DNA of 21,046 bases from NCBI RefSeq assembly GCF_006345805.1, contig NW_021823865.1, forward strand, positions 1 through 21,046, in the 5' to 3' direction. The translations under genes and the position numbers were made by a program. A model generated the notes under the pieces. The model saw nothing but the letters and a program-made list of their open reading frames with translations. It had not been told where the DNA came from and did no database searches. This DNA is from Octopus sinensis. Taxonomy: Eukaryota. This document shows positions 9,922-20,001 of this stretch, piece by piece (the first letter of the stretch is position 1; the number at the start of each line of letters is the position of its first letter).

Positions 9922-10347
9922 AAAGAGAGAGATAGACGGAGGATATAGAAGTTGTTTCGTCAACTGACGCAAGGTCATAGGTATCTACTATGATTACTTC
10001 GTTTGGTTTACCACTAAAACTCCGGCTAGAACTGTAACTAGAAGTGTGGTGTAAAGACTGCTTATGAGAAGCGGCTAGAAGTGGCTTTACCTTGAGCAGG
10101 TAGATATAGATTAAAATAAAAATGAAAGCAAAAAACGAAGCATTTGGCATCACTTGAAAAGGGAATTTAATTTAGATCGATAATATAAATAGATAATAGA
10201 TAAGACAAAGAGACTGCATTCATTATATAGACAGTGAAACCTCTGTAAGAGATTGTGTATGCTTCTATCATCGATCGAAATTAAATGTCATTTTCAAATG
10301 ATGGCAAATATTTTGCTTTTCCATTTTTACTTTAATCTATACATCAG

Positions 10348-10626
10348 ACGTGGCTGTGTGGTAAGAAGCTTGCTTCTCAACTATTGGGTCGTCAAGTCTG
10401 AAATTTGTAGAAAAGAAAAAAAAAACAAATCTGCTTATACATACATACATACATACATACATACATACATACATACATACATACAAACGTACTCAGCTGA
10501 TGTTGTTGAAATTCCAACGAAGGGGCCTTGGATGTAGGTTAGAAACCGGCTCCTTGGCAAGAAATCTTTTGAGTAAAAGTGAATAATGGCTGCAGACTCA
10601 TGACTGAAACAAATAAAAGATGAAAG
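10348..10626 (+). mobile_element. Family 1 SINE remnants (head ~10348-10390, tail ~10587-10626) around an inserted module
   Basis: gtggctgtgtggtaagaagcttgctt matches the head and tggctgcag...atgactgaaacaaataaaagat matches the 3' end. Confidence 0.55.
10501..10590 (+). repeat. ~100-bp interspersed module next to (ATAC)n, copy 1
   Basis: Inverted homolog at 12053-12152 (tgttgaaattccaa.gaagg..ccttggat.taggttagaaaccgg.tc...ttggcaagaaatctt...aataatggc). Confidence 0.85.
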
Positions 10627-10789
10627 ATATGCCATGCCTGCATACATACACATGCATACACAAACACAAAAATGGAATGAGAAAGAGAGAAGAGAGAGAG
10701 AAAGAGAATGAGAGATACCCAAGTTCAGATATAAGACTTTGGTCTTTAGAATCAACAGATATGTCTGAAGTAGCAGTATTACTCACATA

Positions 10790-11105
10790 CGTATGTGTGT
10801 GTGGTGTTGTGTATACATATATATATATATATACATTATATATATATATATATAATATTACATATATATATATAGATAGATATATATACATGATATATAT
10901 ATATACATATACATGTATATAATATACATATACATGTATATATATTATATATACATATACATGTATATATAATATATACATATACATGTATATATATATA
11001 TATATACATTACATGTATATATATATATATCTATATATACATATACATGTATATAATATATATATATATACATATACTTGTATATATATATATCTATATA
11101 TACAT

Positions 11106-11148
<43 letters not shown>

Positions 11149-11341
11149 CATGTATATATATATATATACATATACATGTATATATATACATATATATATA
11201 TATTACATATACAGTATATATATATATACATGTATATATCTGTATATGTATGTATTATGTAAGTATTATGTGTGTAGGTTATATATATATTTAATACATA
11301 CCTGTATGTACATGTGTGTGCGTGTGTGTTTGTGGGTGTGC

Positions 11342-11407
<66 letters not shown>
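10790..11407. repeat. Large TA-rich block with a higher-order unit (TA)n-catatacatg
   Basis: Directly visible; tatacatatacatgtata recurs with variable TA spacers. Confidence 0.95.
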
Positions 11408-11409
<2 letters not shown>

Positions 11410-11492
11410 CGCGTGTATGAAACCATAACTGTTATTACCTTGATGAATATTCTCATATCATTTCACTGTCATTTCTATTTAATTGCTTTCAG

Positions 11493-11698
11493 CATTCACC
11501 AGGCCAGTTTCTCAATATGATAACGATCTCTGCACATGATTCCGTCTTTCTGCCTATCAAAAACAATTCCCTTCTCAATTATTCTGGATCAAATTTCCGT
11601 AGAATTCATAGTGTTTATTGGCAGATATCACTTACAGCTGATATTACGATCCACCAAGACAACGTGTCTCTATATATCCAACAGCGATATGGCACCGT
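11493..11698 (+). other. Candidate internal exon (unverified)
   Basis: Pyrimidine-rich acceptor tttctatttaattgctttcAG (AG at 11491-11492), an open phase-0 frame HSPGQFLNMITISAHDSVFLPIK...QQRYGT, and a donor GTAAGA at 11699. No homology recognised. Confidence 0.2.
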
Positions 11699-11992
11699 GT
11701 AAGATTATCAGAGATAATCTGGTATCGTCCATGAAAACCTTACGTTACCATGCCACCAATGATCAAGTTAGCGTTCATACAATCGATTCTGGCAACCAAA
11801 GCGAAAGTCCGGTTTTTAAGATAATTCTTACCATATCCATAAGGTTCCATAAAATGCAATCTGTTGAACGAACACTTTTCACTTTTCCAATTAAGTCTTG
11901 CATATATATATACACACATTATATATATATATAATATATATATATATTTAAACATACGCACACATACATACATATATAATATATACATATAT

Positions 11993-12031
<39 letters not shown>

Positions 12032-12052
12032 TATGCGAGTGTATGTATGTAT

Positions 12053-12152
12053 GCCATTATTCAGTTTTATTTCAAGATTTCTTGCCAATAGAGAAAGAAC
12101 CGGTTTCTAACCTAGATCCAAGGTTCCTTCATTGGAATTTCAACAGCAACAA
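12053..12152 (-). repeat. ~100-bp interspersed module flanked by (GTAT)n, copy 2
   Basis: Reverse-complement homolog of 10501-10590. Confidence 0.85.
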
Positions 12153-12294
12153 CACGATATTTTTGTATGTATGTATGTATATATGTATGTATGCATGAAC
12201 GTACGCATGTATGTATGTATGTTTGTGTATATGCATATGTGTATGTATACATATATATAATTTGTTGCTTCCTTTTAACTATATAAGCTTTATT

Positions 12295-12478
12295 TCTTAT
12301 ATTTTACTTATTTCAGTTGTTAGACGGCGGCCATACTGTGTTATTGTTGTCTTTTAAAGCTGATCCTCTAAGCTTTATCCTTCTACCGTTTTACACTTTT
12401 AGCTATGGAGACGTAAACAAACCGACATGCAAGTTGTCAAGCTGTGTTGGACACAAACTTTACCGCAAAGACACACAA
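12295..12478 (-). mobile_element. Highly degenerate family 1 SINE 3' half
   Basis: tttacttatttcagt...gcggccatactg...gacgtaaaca.accgacat...gttgtcaagc...gacaca resembles the reverse complement of the 13095-13290 tail. Confidence 0.5.
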
Positions 12479-12887
12479 GCGCGTGCATATATACATACAC
12501 GCATATACATATACGTATACACGCACACATCTCTCTGTCTACCTCTCTTTCTCTCACTCCCTCTGGATATATATGTATATATATATACATACAATAATAA
12601 TATTAGGGAGTATAACTCCAAACTTACAGGGAAAAATTCGATTTAGTATTAAATCAAATTACACAGTATAAATATATAAAATATGAATTAGAGATAAAAC
12701 CACTATTATGCAACTCAAACTGATAGACATAAACCAATACATAAAGAACAAATAATATATATATAATTAATATAATATATAATATATATATATGTAAAAT
12801 TAAATTTTTTTTCCAAAGAGTATAAAAAGAATGATAAATATAATATAAGTAATTATACATTTTGAAAAAAAAAAATATATATATATA

Positions 12888-13298
12888 GGCGCAGGAGTGG
12901 CTGTGTGGTAAGTAGCCTGCATACCAACCACATGGTTCCGGGTTCAGTCCCACTGCGTGGCACCTTGGGCAAGTGTCTTCTACTATAGCCTCGGGCCGAC
13001 CAAAGCCTTGTGAGTGGATTTGGTAGACGGAAACTGAAAAGAAGCCCGTCGTATATATGTATATATATATATATGTATGCGTGTGTGTGTTTGTGTGTCT
13101 GTGTTTGTTCCCATAGCATTGCTTGACAACCGATGCTGGTGTGTTTGTGTCCCCGTCACCTAGCGGTTCGGCAAAAGAGACCGATAGAATAAGTACTGGG
13201 CTTACAATAGAATAAGTTCCGGCGTCGAGTTGCTCGATTAAAGGCGGTGCTCCAGCATGGCCGCAGTCAGATGACTGAAACAAGTAAAAGAGTAAAAG
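12888..13298 (+). mobile_element. Full-length family 1 tRNA-derived SINE with CORE-like domain and internal TA/TG linker
   Basis: A box TGGCTGTGTGG (12898-12908), B box GGTTCAGTCCC (12941-12951), CORE/MIR-like ccttgggcaagt (12963-12974), a microsatellite linker at ~13053-13100 and a (gtaaaaga)n tail. Octopus OR-type SINEs are known CORE-SINEs; the exact family was not verified. Confidence 0.9.
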
Positions 13299-13650
13299 TG
13301 TATGGGGACTTGTACATCCACTAAATATATTTTACAGTTTATATACAGCATATAATGACCTACAAGTGTTCCCGCTGCAGCGACTGCTCACTGTTGTAAA
13401 TGCAACCTTGCATTATTGTCGGTGCAGATTCTAGAACTCTGTCCGTTATGATGTTTAGTTTTCCAGTTAATCTGATCGACCGTCCAGCCTCCTCGTGATA
13501 TGACAGATATTCTACCACTGTACCAAAGTAATCCTTCGAATTTCTCTTTCTGTTTTAGAAACTTTTTTTCTTCCCAGTGAGAATTGCTTTTGCTGACATC
13601 GTAGGAAAATATTAGCTTTCGGTGGGGAAGCGAAGTAATTATCTTTTGGT

Positions 13651-14037
13651 GGTGGAAGCACTCCGTCGGTTACGACGATGAGGGTTCCGGTTGATCCGAG
13701 TCAACGGAACAGCCTGCTCGTGAAATTAACGTGTAAGTGGCTGAGCACTCCACAGACACGTGTACACTTAACGTAGTTCTCGGGGATACTCAGCGTGACA
13801 CAGAGAGTGACAAGGCCGGCCCTTTGAATTACAGGTACAACAGAAACAGGAAGTAAGAGTGAGAGAAAGTTGTGGTGAAAGAGTACAGCAGGGATCACCA
13901 CCATCCCCTGCCGGAGCCTCGTGGAGCTTTAGGTGTTTTCGCTCAATAAACACACACAACGCCCGGTCTGGGAATCGAAACCGCGATCCTATGACTGAGA
14001 GTCCGCTGCCCTAACCACTGGGCCATTGCGCCTCCAC
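13651..14037 (-). mobile_element. Full-length head-A SINE with an 11-bp target-site duplication
   Basis: TSD tatcttttggt at 13640-13650 and 14038-14048. On the minus strand: A box tggcccagtgg and B box gtttcgattcc. Confidence 0.92.
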
Positions 14038-14074
14038 TATCTTTTGGTATAGTGGATCTCGAAACACATATAGC

Positions 14075-14402
14075 CCTCTGTCGGCTGTGACGACGTAGCT
14101 TCCAGTTGATCTCATCAACGTGACAGCTTGTTCGTGAAATTAACGTGCAAGTGACTCGTGAAATCAACGTGCAACTGGCAGACACGTGTTCTCTTAACGT
14201 AGTTCTCGAGGAGGACCAGCGTGACACAGAATCTGACACGGTTGGTCCTTTGAAATACAGGTACTACTCATTTTTGCCAGCTGAGTGGACTGGAGCAGCG
14301 TGAAATAAAGTGTCTTCCTTAAGGATACAACACGTAGTTAGAATTGAACTTACAACCTTACAAACGTGAGCTGAATACTCTAACCACTAAGCCACACGCC
14401 TT
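14075..14402 (-). mobile_element. Older head-B SINE sharing its 3' module with 13651-14037
   Basis: Minus-strand head ggcgtgtggcttagtggttagagtattcagctcac...agttcaattc. 14075-14265 aligns with 13660-13838 and has a local 24-bp duplication at 14133-14180. Confidence 0.8.
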
Positions 14403-14440
14403 CATTCCCGAAGCACATAAAGCTATATATAATATTTACA

Positions 14441-14890
14441 TTGGATCTTTTCGGTTTGAACGGCAGTTTTTTCTGGCGGTGTCATATGAAATTGTCACCC
14501 ATAACTATGACCCTAGTATCAATCTATTGCATTTCAATCTGTTTTAGGGTTAGGGTTAGAGTTAGGGTTAGTTAGGGTTAGGGTTGGGGTTGGGGTGGAG
14601 GAAGGGTATCCTTTTTTTCACAAATGTAAATAAACCCAATCTGTTTCTTAAACGAGGGACATATTCATACGGCACAGAATGCTTTTTAACTCAATGGACG
14701 TCACTGATTGGTTGAAATTGCAGAAATTGAAGAAAAAAACAACAAATATCTTACAAACCATAGAATTTTCTCAATAAAGCCAAGAGAAAAAGATGTTTTA
14801 TAAACACATTTTACCAGTATACGAAGTTTAAAAGTGTTTAGTTACCTAGAAATTATGTTAAAAACTGCTGTTCAAACCGTAAAGACCCAA
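14441..14890. mobile_element. MITE / non-autonomous DNA element with 31-bp TIRs and internal (TTAGGG)n, copy 1
   Basis: Left TIR ttggatcttttcggtttgaacggcagttttt; right TIR aaaaactgctgttcaaaccgtaaagacccaa (3 mismatches). TTAGGG-like repeats at ~14544-14596. Second copy at 17071-17488. Confidence 0.9.
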
Positions 14891-15150
14891 TTTTAACTTT
14901 AGTATCATTTTCCTCTCTGCTAATGACAAGAAACATATTTCTGTTGTCGCTCATTTATATTTGTACATTGTCATTCTGTTCTAAGTTTTGTGGTACCTTT
15001 AATTTTTTTTATTCATTCAATAGTTGTTTATTGCAATGTGCGACTGTACTTGTGTTACGTTATCCGCCATATAAGTCTACCTGGAACATGTAATTACACC
15101 AGAAAATCATAGCCGATATTGCGTATTAAAGAACATATAAATATATAAGT

Positions 15151-15440
15151 ATGCACACACACATACCCATACACACACACACAGGGGCAGGAATACACAC
15201 ACATGTATGTGTGTGTATGTCTGTACGTATGCAAGTATCAATATACAAATACATATATATACAGATATATATATGCATATCTCTCTTTCCCCCTCTCTCT
15301 CTCTCTATATATATATATGTGTGTGTGTGGTGTGTGTGTGTGTGTTTCTATGTGTGGGTGTGTATATGTGTGTATGTATGCAAGTATCAATATACAAATG
15401 CATATATACACAGATATATATGCATATCTCTCTCTCCCTC

Positions 15441-15514
<74 letters not shown>

Positions 15515-15570
15515 ATTAGTGTGTGTGCGCATGTGTGTTTCAATGTGTGGATGTGTGTGTGTGTGTGTAC
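15151..15570. repeat. Compound microsatellite block containing a ~150-bp local duplication
   Basis: gtatgcaagtatcaatatacaaat.catatata.acagatatata..tgcatatctctct occurs at ~15227 and ~15376. Confidence 0.85.
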
Positions 15571-16100
15571 CAATACTTATAGCTATACGTGTGCGCCCAC
15601 ACGAATTATCATCCACATTCATCGACCGCACACACCACAAACAAACACATGGTCGTACGCAATAACACAGCGCAACCAAACACAATCTGTTTCTCTTCTG
15701 AAAATTAATCACTTATTTCGACATTGTTTGCTCTCGTCTGACTGCAAAATGGTTATCGGCATTTCAGCCAGGTTCATAGAGAAAAATATTTATTCCAAAT
15801 TGTATCCAGAGGGTCAGAATATTTGCCTTTGAAAAATCTCATACGCATTCCATTTCGTTTTTCCTGATTTTCTTTTACTTTTTCCATCGACATTTATTTA
15901 CTAACGCGTTTTATATATTTGTATCTCTCTCTCTCATTTTTTTCTTCATTTTCTTTTTACCTTTTTTTGTCGAATTTTCCTCTCTCTGTATTGGAATGCG
16001 TATTAATTTTACGGTGAAGAGAGAAAAATATTTTTGACTTTATATAAAAAGAGAGAAACAAGTCTTCTGTTAATAGTATTGAAGTATTTGAAGTTTTGAA

Positions 16101-16148
<48 letters not shown>
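16101..16148. repeat. (ATT)n microsatellite
   Basis: Directly visible in the sequence. Confidence 0.97.
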
Positions 16149-16149
<1 letters not shown>

Positions 16150-16552
16150 TAGTTTCATTTTCGGTTTTAATTTAATGTTGAATTGCTTCTGTGGTGGAAG
16201 GAAGCTGAGTGGATGTATAATGTGTGGAAACAGATGTATATAATGCGTATGGCGTTTTCAGAAAGTGTGTACACTTGTGCGAGTGTATGTGATTGCATGT
16301 ATGTATGCGTTAGTCTATGTGTATATGTGTCGGGGTGTGTAGATGTATGTACATGTTGCCCTCTTCATGCGTGTATGTGTGTATATGGATTTCTGCGCAG
16401 CAATGACTCTGAGTACTTACACACACACACATATATATACATATGTATAGAAAACCATTAGTGTATGTGGGTGCATATCTGTATACGGAAATACCTGTCT
16501 ATGAAAATTTATGTGTCTATATATTTATAGGTATGATAGTGTAAGGTTACTG

Positions 16553-16595
<43 letters not shown>

Positions 16596-16933
16596 TGTGC
16601 GTACATCTGTAAGTATTGCTATATACGTGTTCCTGTCTCTATTATTTGTTCTGTTTGTAATGTACGCATCTGCGAGTGTAGGTCTAAATATGTGTTTATA
16701 TATATGTGTGTGTGTGTGTTTGTATGTATGTATGTATATGCTTATGCATATATATGTTTGTGTGTATTTTATACGTGTGTATGTGTGCTTTTGGATGTTA
16801 CCTGGTTAAAAATACAAATAATTTTTATTGAAATTGATTGCAAACACTAATGAGATTTGAAACCGAAGTTAGAGAAAAGAGCAGGACAAAAAAATGGTGC
16901 TGTTGTCGTTGTTATTGTAGCTTTGTTCTTCGA

Positions 16934-17048
16934 GCAGGCATGGCTGTGTGGCTAATAATATGACATTTTAAGCATATGGTTTGGGGTTCAATCCTTCTGC
17001 AAATTTTATTGCTTAGATCATATTTTTTTGTGAACTGAAGAAGAGCTT
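16934..17048 (+). mobile_element. Degenerate family 1 SINE head
   Basis: gcaggcatggctgtgtgg...catatggtttggggttcaatcc.tctgc resembles 12891-12956. Confidence 0.55.
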
Positions 17049-17070
17049 ATGTAAGAGTTGAAATAATAAT

Positions 17071-17488
17071 TTGGATCTTTTCGGTTTCAACGGCAGTTTT
17101 TTTAAGCGGTGTCATATGAAATTGTCACCCATAATTATGACCCTAGTATCGATCTATTGCCTTTCAATCTGTTTTAGGGTTAGGGTTAGGGGTGGGGGAA
17201 GGGTATCTTTTTTCTTCACAAATGTAAATAAACCCAATCTGTTTCTTAAACGAGGTACATATTCATACGGCACAGAATGTTCTCACCTCAATTGACGTCA
17301 TTGATTGGTTGAAATTGCAGATTTTGAAGAAAAAAACAACAATTATCTTACAAACTATAGAATTTTCACAATAAAGCCAAGAGAAAAAGATGTTTAATAA
17401 ACACATTCTACTAGTATACGAAGTTTAAAATTTTTTTACTTACCTAGAAATTATGTTAAAAACTGTCGTTCAAACCGTAAAGATCCAA
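17071..17488. mobile_element. MITE with 31-bp TIRs and internal (TTAGGG)n, copy 2
   Basis: Collinear with 14441-14890 and has a shorter telomeric tract (~17174-17191). Right TIR aaaaactgtcgttcaaaccgtaaagatccaa. Confidence 0.9.
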
Positions 17489-18363
17489 GCTATGTTCCAG
17501 TAGTTGATTTTTTTCACTAATTTTTGGTGATATTTGTGGAAGCTATGTTCCAGTTTCTAATCTCACTTAATTGTGAGAATCGTTGTTTTTGGGGAGTATC
17601 TCGCCTCCCAAAATAGTTAAGGTTTGTCACTAATATTTTTGTGATATTTGTGGAAGCTATGTTCCAGTTGTTGCGATCCGGTTTCTAATCTCACTTAATT
17701 GTGAGAATCGTTGTTTTAGGGGAGTATCTCGCCTCCCAAAATAGTTGAGTTTTTTCACTAATATTTTTGGGATATTTGTGGAAGCTATGTTCCAGTTGTT
17801 GCGTTCCGGTTTCTAATCTCACTTGATTGTGAGAATCGTTGTTTTGGGGAGTATCTCGCCTCCCAAAATAGTTGAGTTTTTTCACTAATATTTTTGGGAT
17901 ATTTGTAGAAGCTATGTTCCAGTTGTTGCGTTCCGGTTTCTAATCTCACTTGATTGTGAGAATCGTTGTTTTGGGGGGCATATCTCAACTCCCAAAATAG
18001 TTGAGTTTTTTCACTAATATTTTTGGGATATTTGTGGAAAGTATGTTCCAGTTGTTGCGTTCCGGTTTCTAATCTCACTTAATTGTGAGAATCGTTGCTT
18101 TGGGGGGCATATCTCGCCTCCCAAAATAGTTGGGTTTTTTCACTAATATTTTTGGGATATTTGTAGAAGCTATGTTCCAGTTGTTGCGTTCCGGTTTCTA
18201 ATCTCACTTAATTGTGAGAATCGTTGTTTTGGGAGAGTATATCGCCTCCCAAAATAGTCGATTTTTTTCACTAATATTTTTGTGATATTTGTGGAAGCTA
18301 TATTCCAGTTGTTGCATTCCGGTTTCTAATCTCACTTAATTGTGAGAATCGTTGCTTTGGGGG
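17487..18363. repeat. Tandem array of a ~128-bp unit (about 6.5 units plus a truncated first unit)
   Basis: The unit start gaagctatgttccag (or a close variant) recurs at 17539, 17653, 17781, 17908, 18037, 18166 and 18294 (spacings 114, 128, 127, 129, 129, 128). Confidence 0.97.
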
Positions 18364-18543
18364 TGAATGTTATTCTGAACTAAGACGCCTTCCGTTACCC
18401 ATATATGCTCATGACTGTGAGGAAAGAAGCTTGTTTCCCAACCTTATGATTCTGAGTTCAGTCCCACGGCGTGGCACCTAGTTTAACCGTCTTCATCTGG
18501 TAGGCTGAAACTGAATGAAGCTCGTCGTATGTATATATATATA

Positions 18544-18733
18544 CGCCATGATAGATCGTTAGCCACTACACACATATTTTTTCTCTCCTTGTTTTTTCTG
18601 TGTCCCTTTCTGTAGAAGAGCGTAGGCTCGAAACGTAAAAGACTTTTTCTATTCCTGGGCGTTATACTAATACATCTGTTTGTTTTGTACACCACCTGTC
18701 TTCGTCTTTTGTTTTTTTTTCGTAAACTCTCCC
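18544..18733 (+). mobile_element. ~190-bp module inserted in (TA)n, probably derived from a Penelope-like terminal repeat
   Basis: Bounded by TA runs on both sides and contains a minimal hammerhead-like motif at 18606-18641. Confidence 0.55.
18606..18641 (+). ncRNA. Minimal hammerhead-like motif with variant core CUGUAGA
   Basis: cttt CTGTAGA a GAGC-gtag-GCTC GAAA CG TA aaag: stem I cttt/aaag, a 4-bp stem II with tetraloop, GAAA, and a palindromic ACGT in place of stem III. Confidence 0.6.
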
Positions 18734-18740
18734 TATATAT

Positions 18741-18779
<39 letters not shown>

Positions 18780-19847
18780 TGTGTGTGTGTGTGCGTATGT
18801 ATGTATGTGTGTTTGTGTCCATGTTTGTCCCTCACCACTGTTAGACAACCGGCGTTGGTGTGTTTATACCTCTGTAACTTAGCGGCTCGGCCAAAGAAAT
18901 AGATAAAATGAGTACTGCGGTCGATTTGTCTAACTAAAAGCCTTCGAAGCGATGCCCTAGCATGGCCGCAGTCAAATGACTGAATCAAGTAAGAGATAAA
19001 AGATAAAAGAGACATATTATGTATAAATTAATGTTCTTTCGTGTATTACATATTAGGAAACCATACCTGAATAACGAATTAGAACTACGTGTTCACACAC
19101 GTGTGTATAAGCATAAATATATATCATAGAAATATACAAATGAATGCTTAATTTATTATTCATATGCAGTTTTCCAATATATGTTTTTGAAGAACATTAA
19201 TTTCAATCCAATAGTTTTAACATCTTTTCTCATTTACGTCTATTTAGTTATTTTAGTTTATGAAATTTTCATATATTTTCTTACATTCCCGCTGAGAATT
19301 AAATCTTTATAACAGCTTTTGAATATTTGTTCGTCTCTCTTAATTTATTTTAATTCATACCTTGATCTTACATAATATATTACTTTTTCTTTAACATAAC
19401 CTGATAATAGCGATATCATTTGTAAAGATATTTATTTTTTATCCAATTCAACAAAATACTACGTTATTGGCCATTAACGCTTTTTGATTAAATTTTCGCC
19501 ATTATTCTATGCGATACGAATTTCGCAGTTTACAAAGAATTCGTGATAGTCATCTTCTGCATTACTTTAACTTAGTATAATGTAAACCTATTTCTATGTA
19601 CTCTAGCTAAATGCAAATTTACATGTTATTATAACATTCTGAATTAAATTAATTATTTTAACGCCAATATTCACAATAATTTTCATTAGCTGTAGAAAAC
19701 TTAGCGAATCTTATATTGTATCCTTTAAATTTACGAGATATTTTTTCTCTAACCAAACAAAATCTCTTTAGATATGAATATAGTTTATAAATATTGAAAT
19801 TAAATAACATTATCTTAAAGTGCAGTCTTGGCTTCGTGATTTCGAAA

Positions 19848-19969
19848 ATCGGTTTGCTATCATGTGGTTTCAGGTTCGTTTTCACTTTGCGGCACGTTGG
19901 GCAAGTGTCTTTTACTATAGTCCCTTTCGAGGAAATTTGGTGGGTCAAAACTGCTAGGAACTCCAACGT

Positions 19970-19970
<1 letters not shown>
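19848..19970 (+). mobile_element. Degenerate family 1 SINE head/CORE fragment
   Basis: catgtggtttcaggttcgttttcactttgcggcacgttgggcaagtgtctttt actatag matches 12929-12988. Confidence 0.7.

Positions 19971-19996
<26 letters not shown>

Positions 19997-20001
<5 letters not shown>

Larger units (their letters stand above)
18411..19011 (+). mobile_element. Diverged family 1 SINE with an insertion (18544-18733) in its microsatellite linker
   Basis: Head: tgactgtga...gagttcagtcccacggcgtggcacc...gaaactgaatgaagctcgtcgtat. Tail 18810-19011: gacaaccggcgttggtgtgttt...ttagcggctcggc...gcatggccgcagtcaaatgactgaa. Confidence 0.8.

Noticed and set aside
10598-11520. Many overlapping ORFs rich in Y/I/C/V/H/T (also at 613-1003, 3976-4425, 15151-15832, 16557-16850)
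   Set aside because: They are translations of TA/TG/CA microsatellites, which lack stop codons.
12888-12960. tRNA genes at SINE heads (also 2173, 14037)
   Set aside because: A/B boxes are present, but no complete cloverleaf could be built and the sequence continues into multi-copy SINE bodies.
12654-13283. 209-aa ORF with a paralog at 33-278
   Set aside because: It is the antisense reading of the family 1 SINE plus microsatellite.
14544-14596. True telomere or chromosome-fusion scar
   Set aside because: The tract is short, in a single orientation, and sits at the same position inside both MITE copies.
17487-18363. CRISPR-like array or repeat-protein ORFs
   Set aside because: Whole units repeat with no unique spacers, no cas genes are present, the context is eukaryotic, and unit lengths are not consistently multiples of three.
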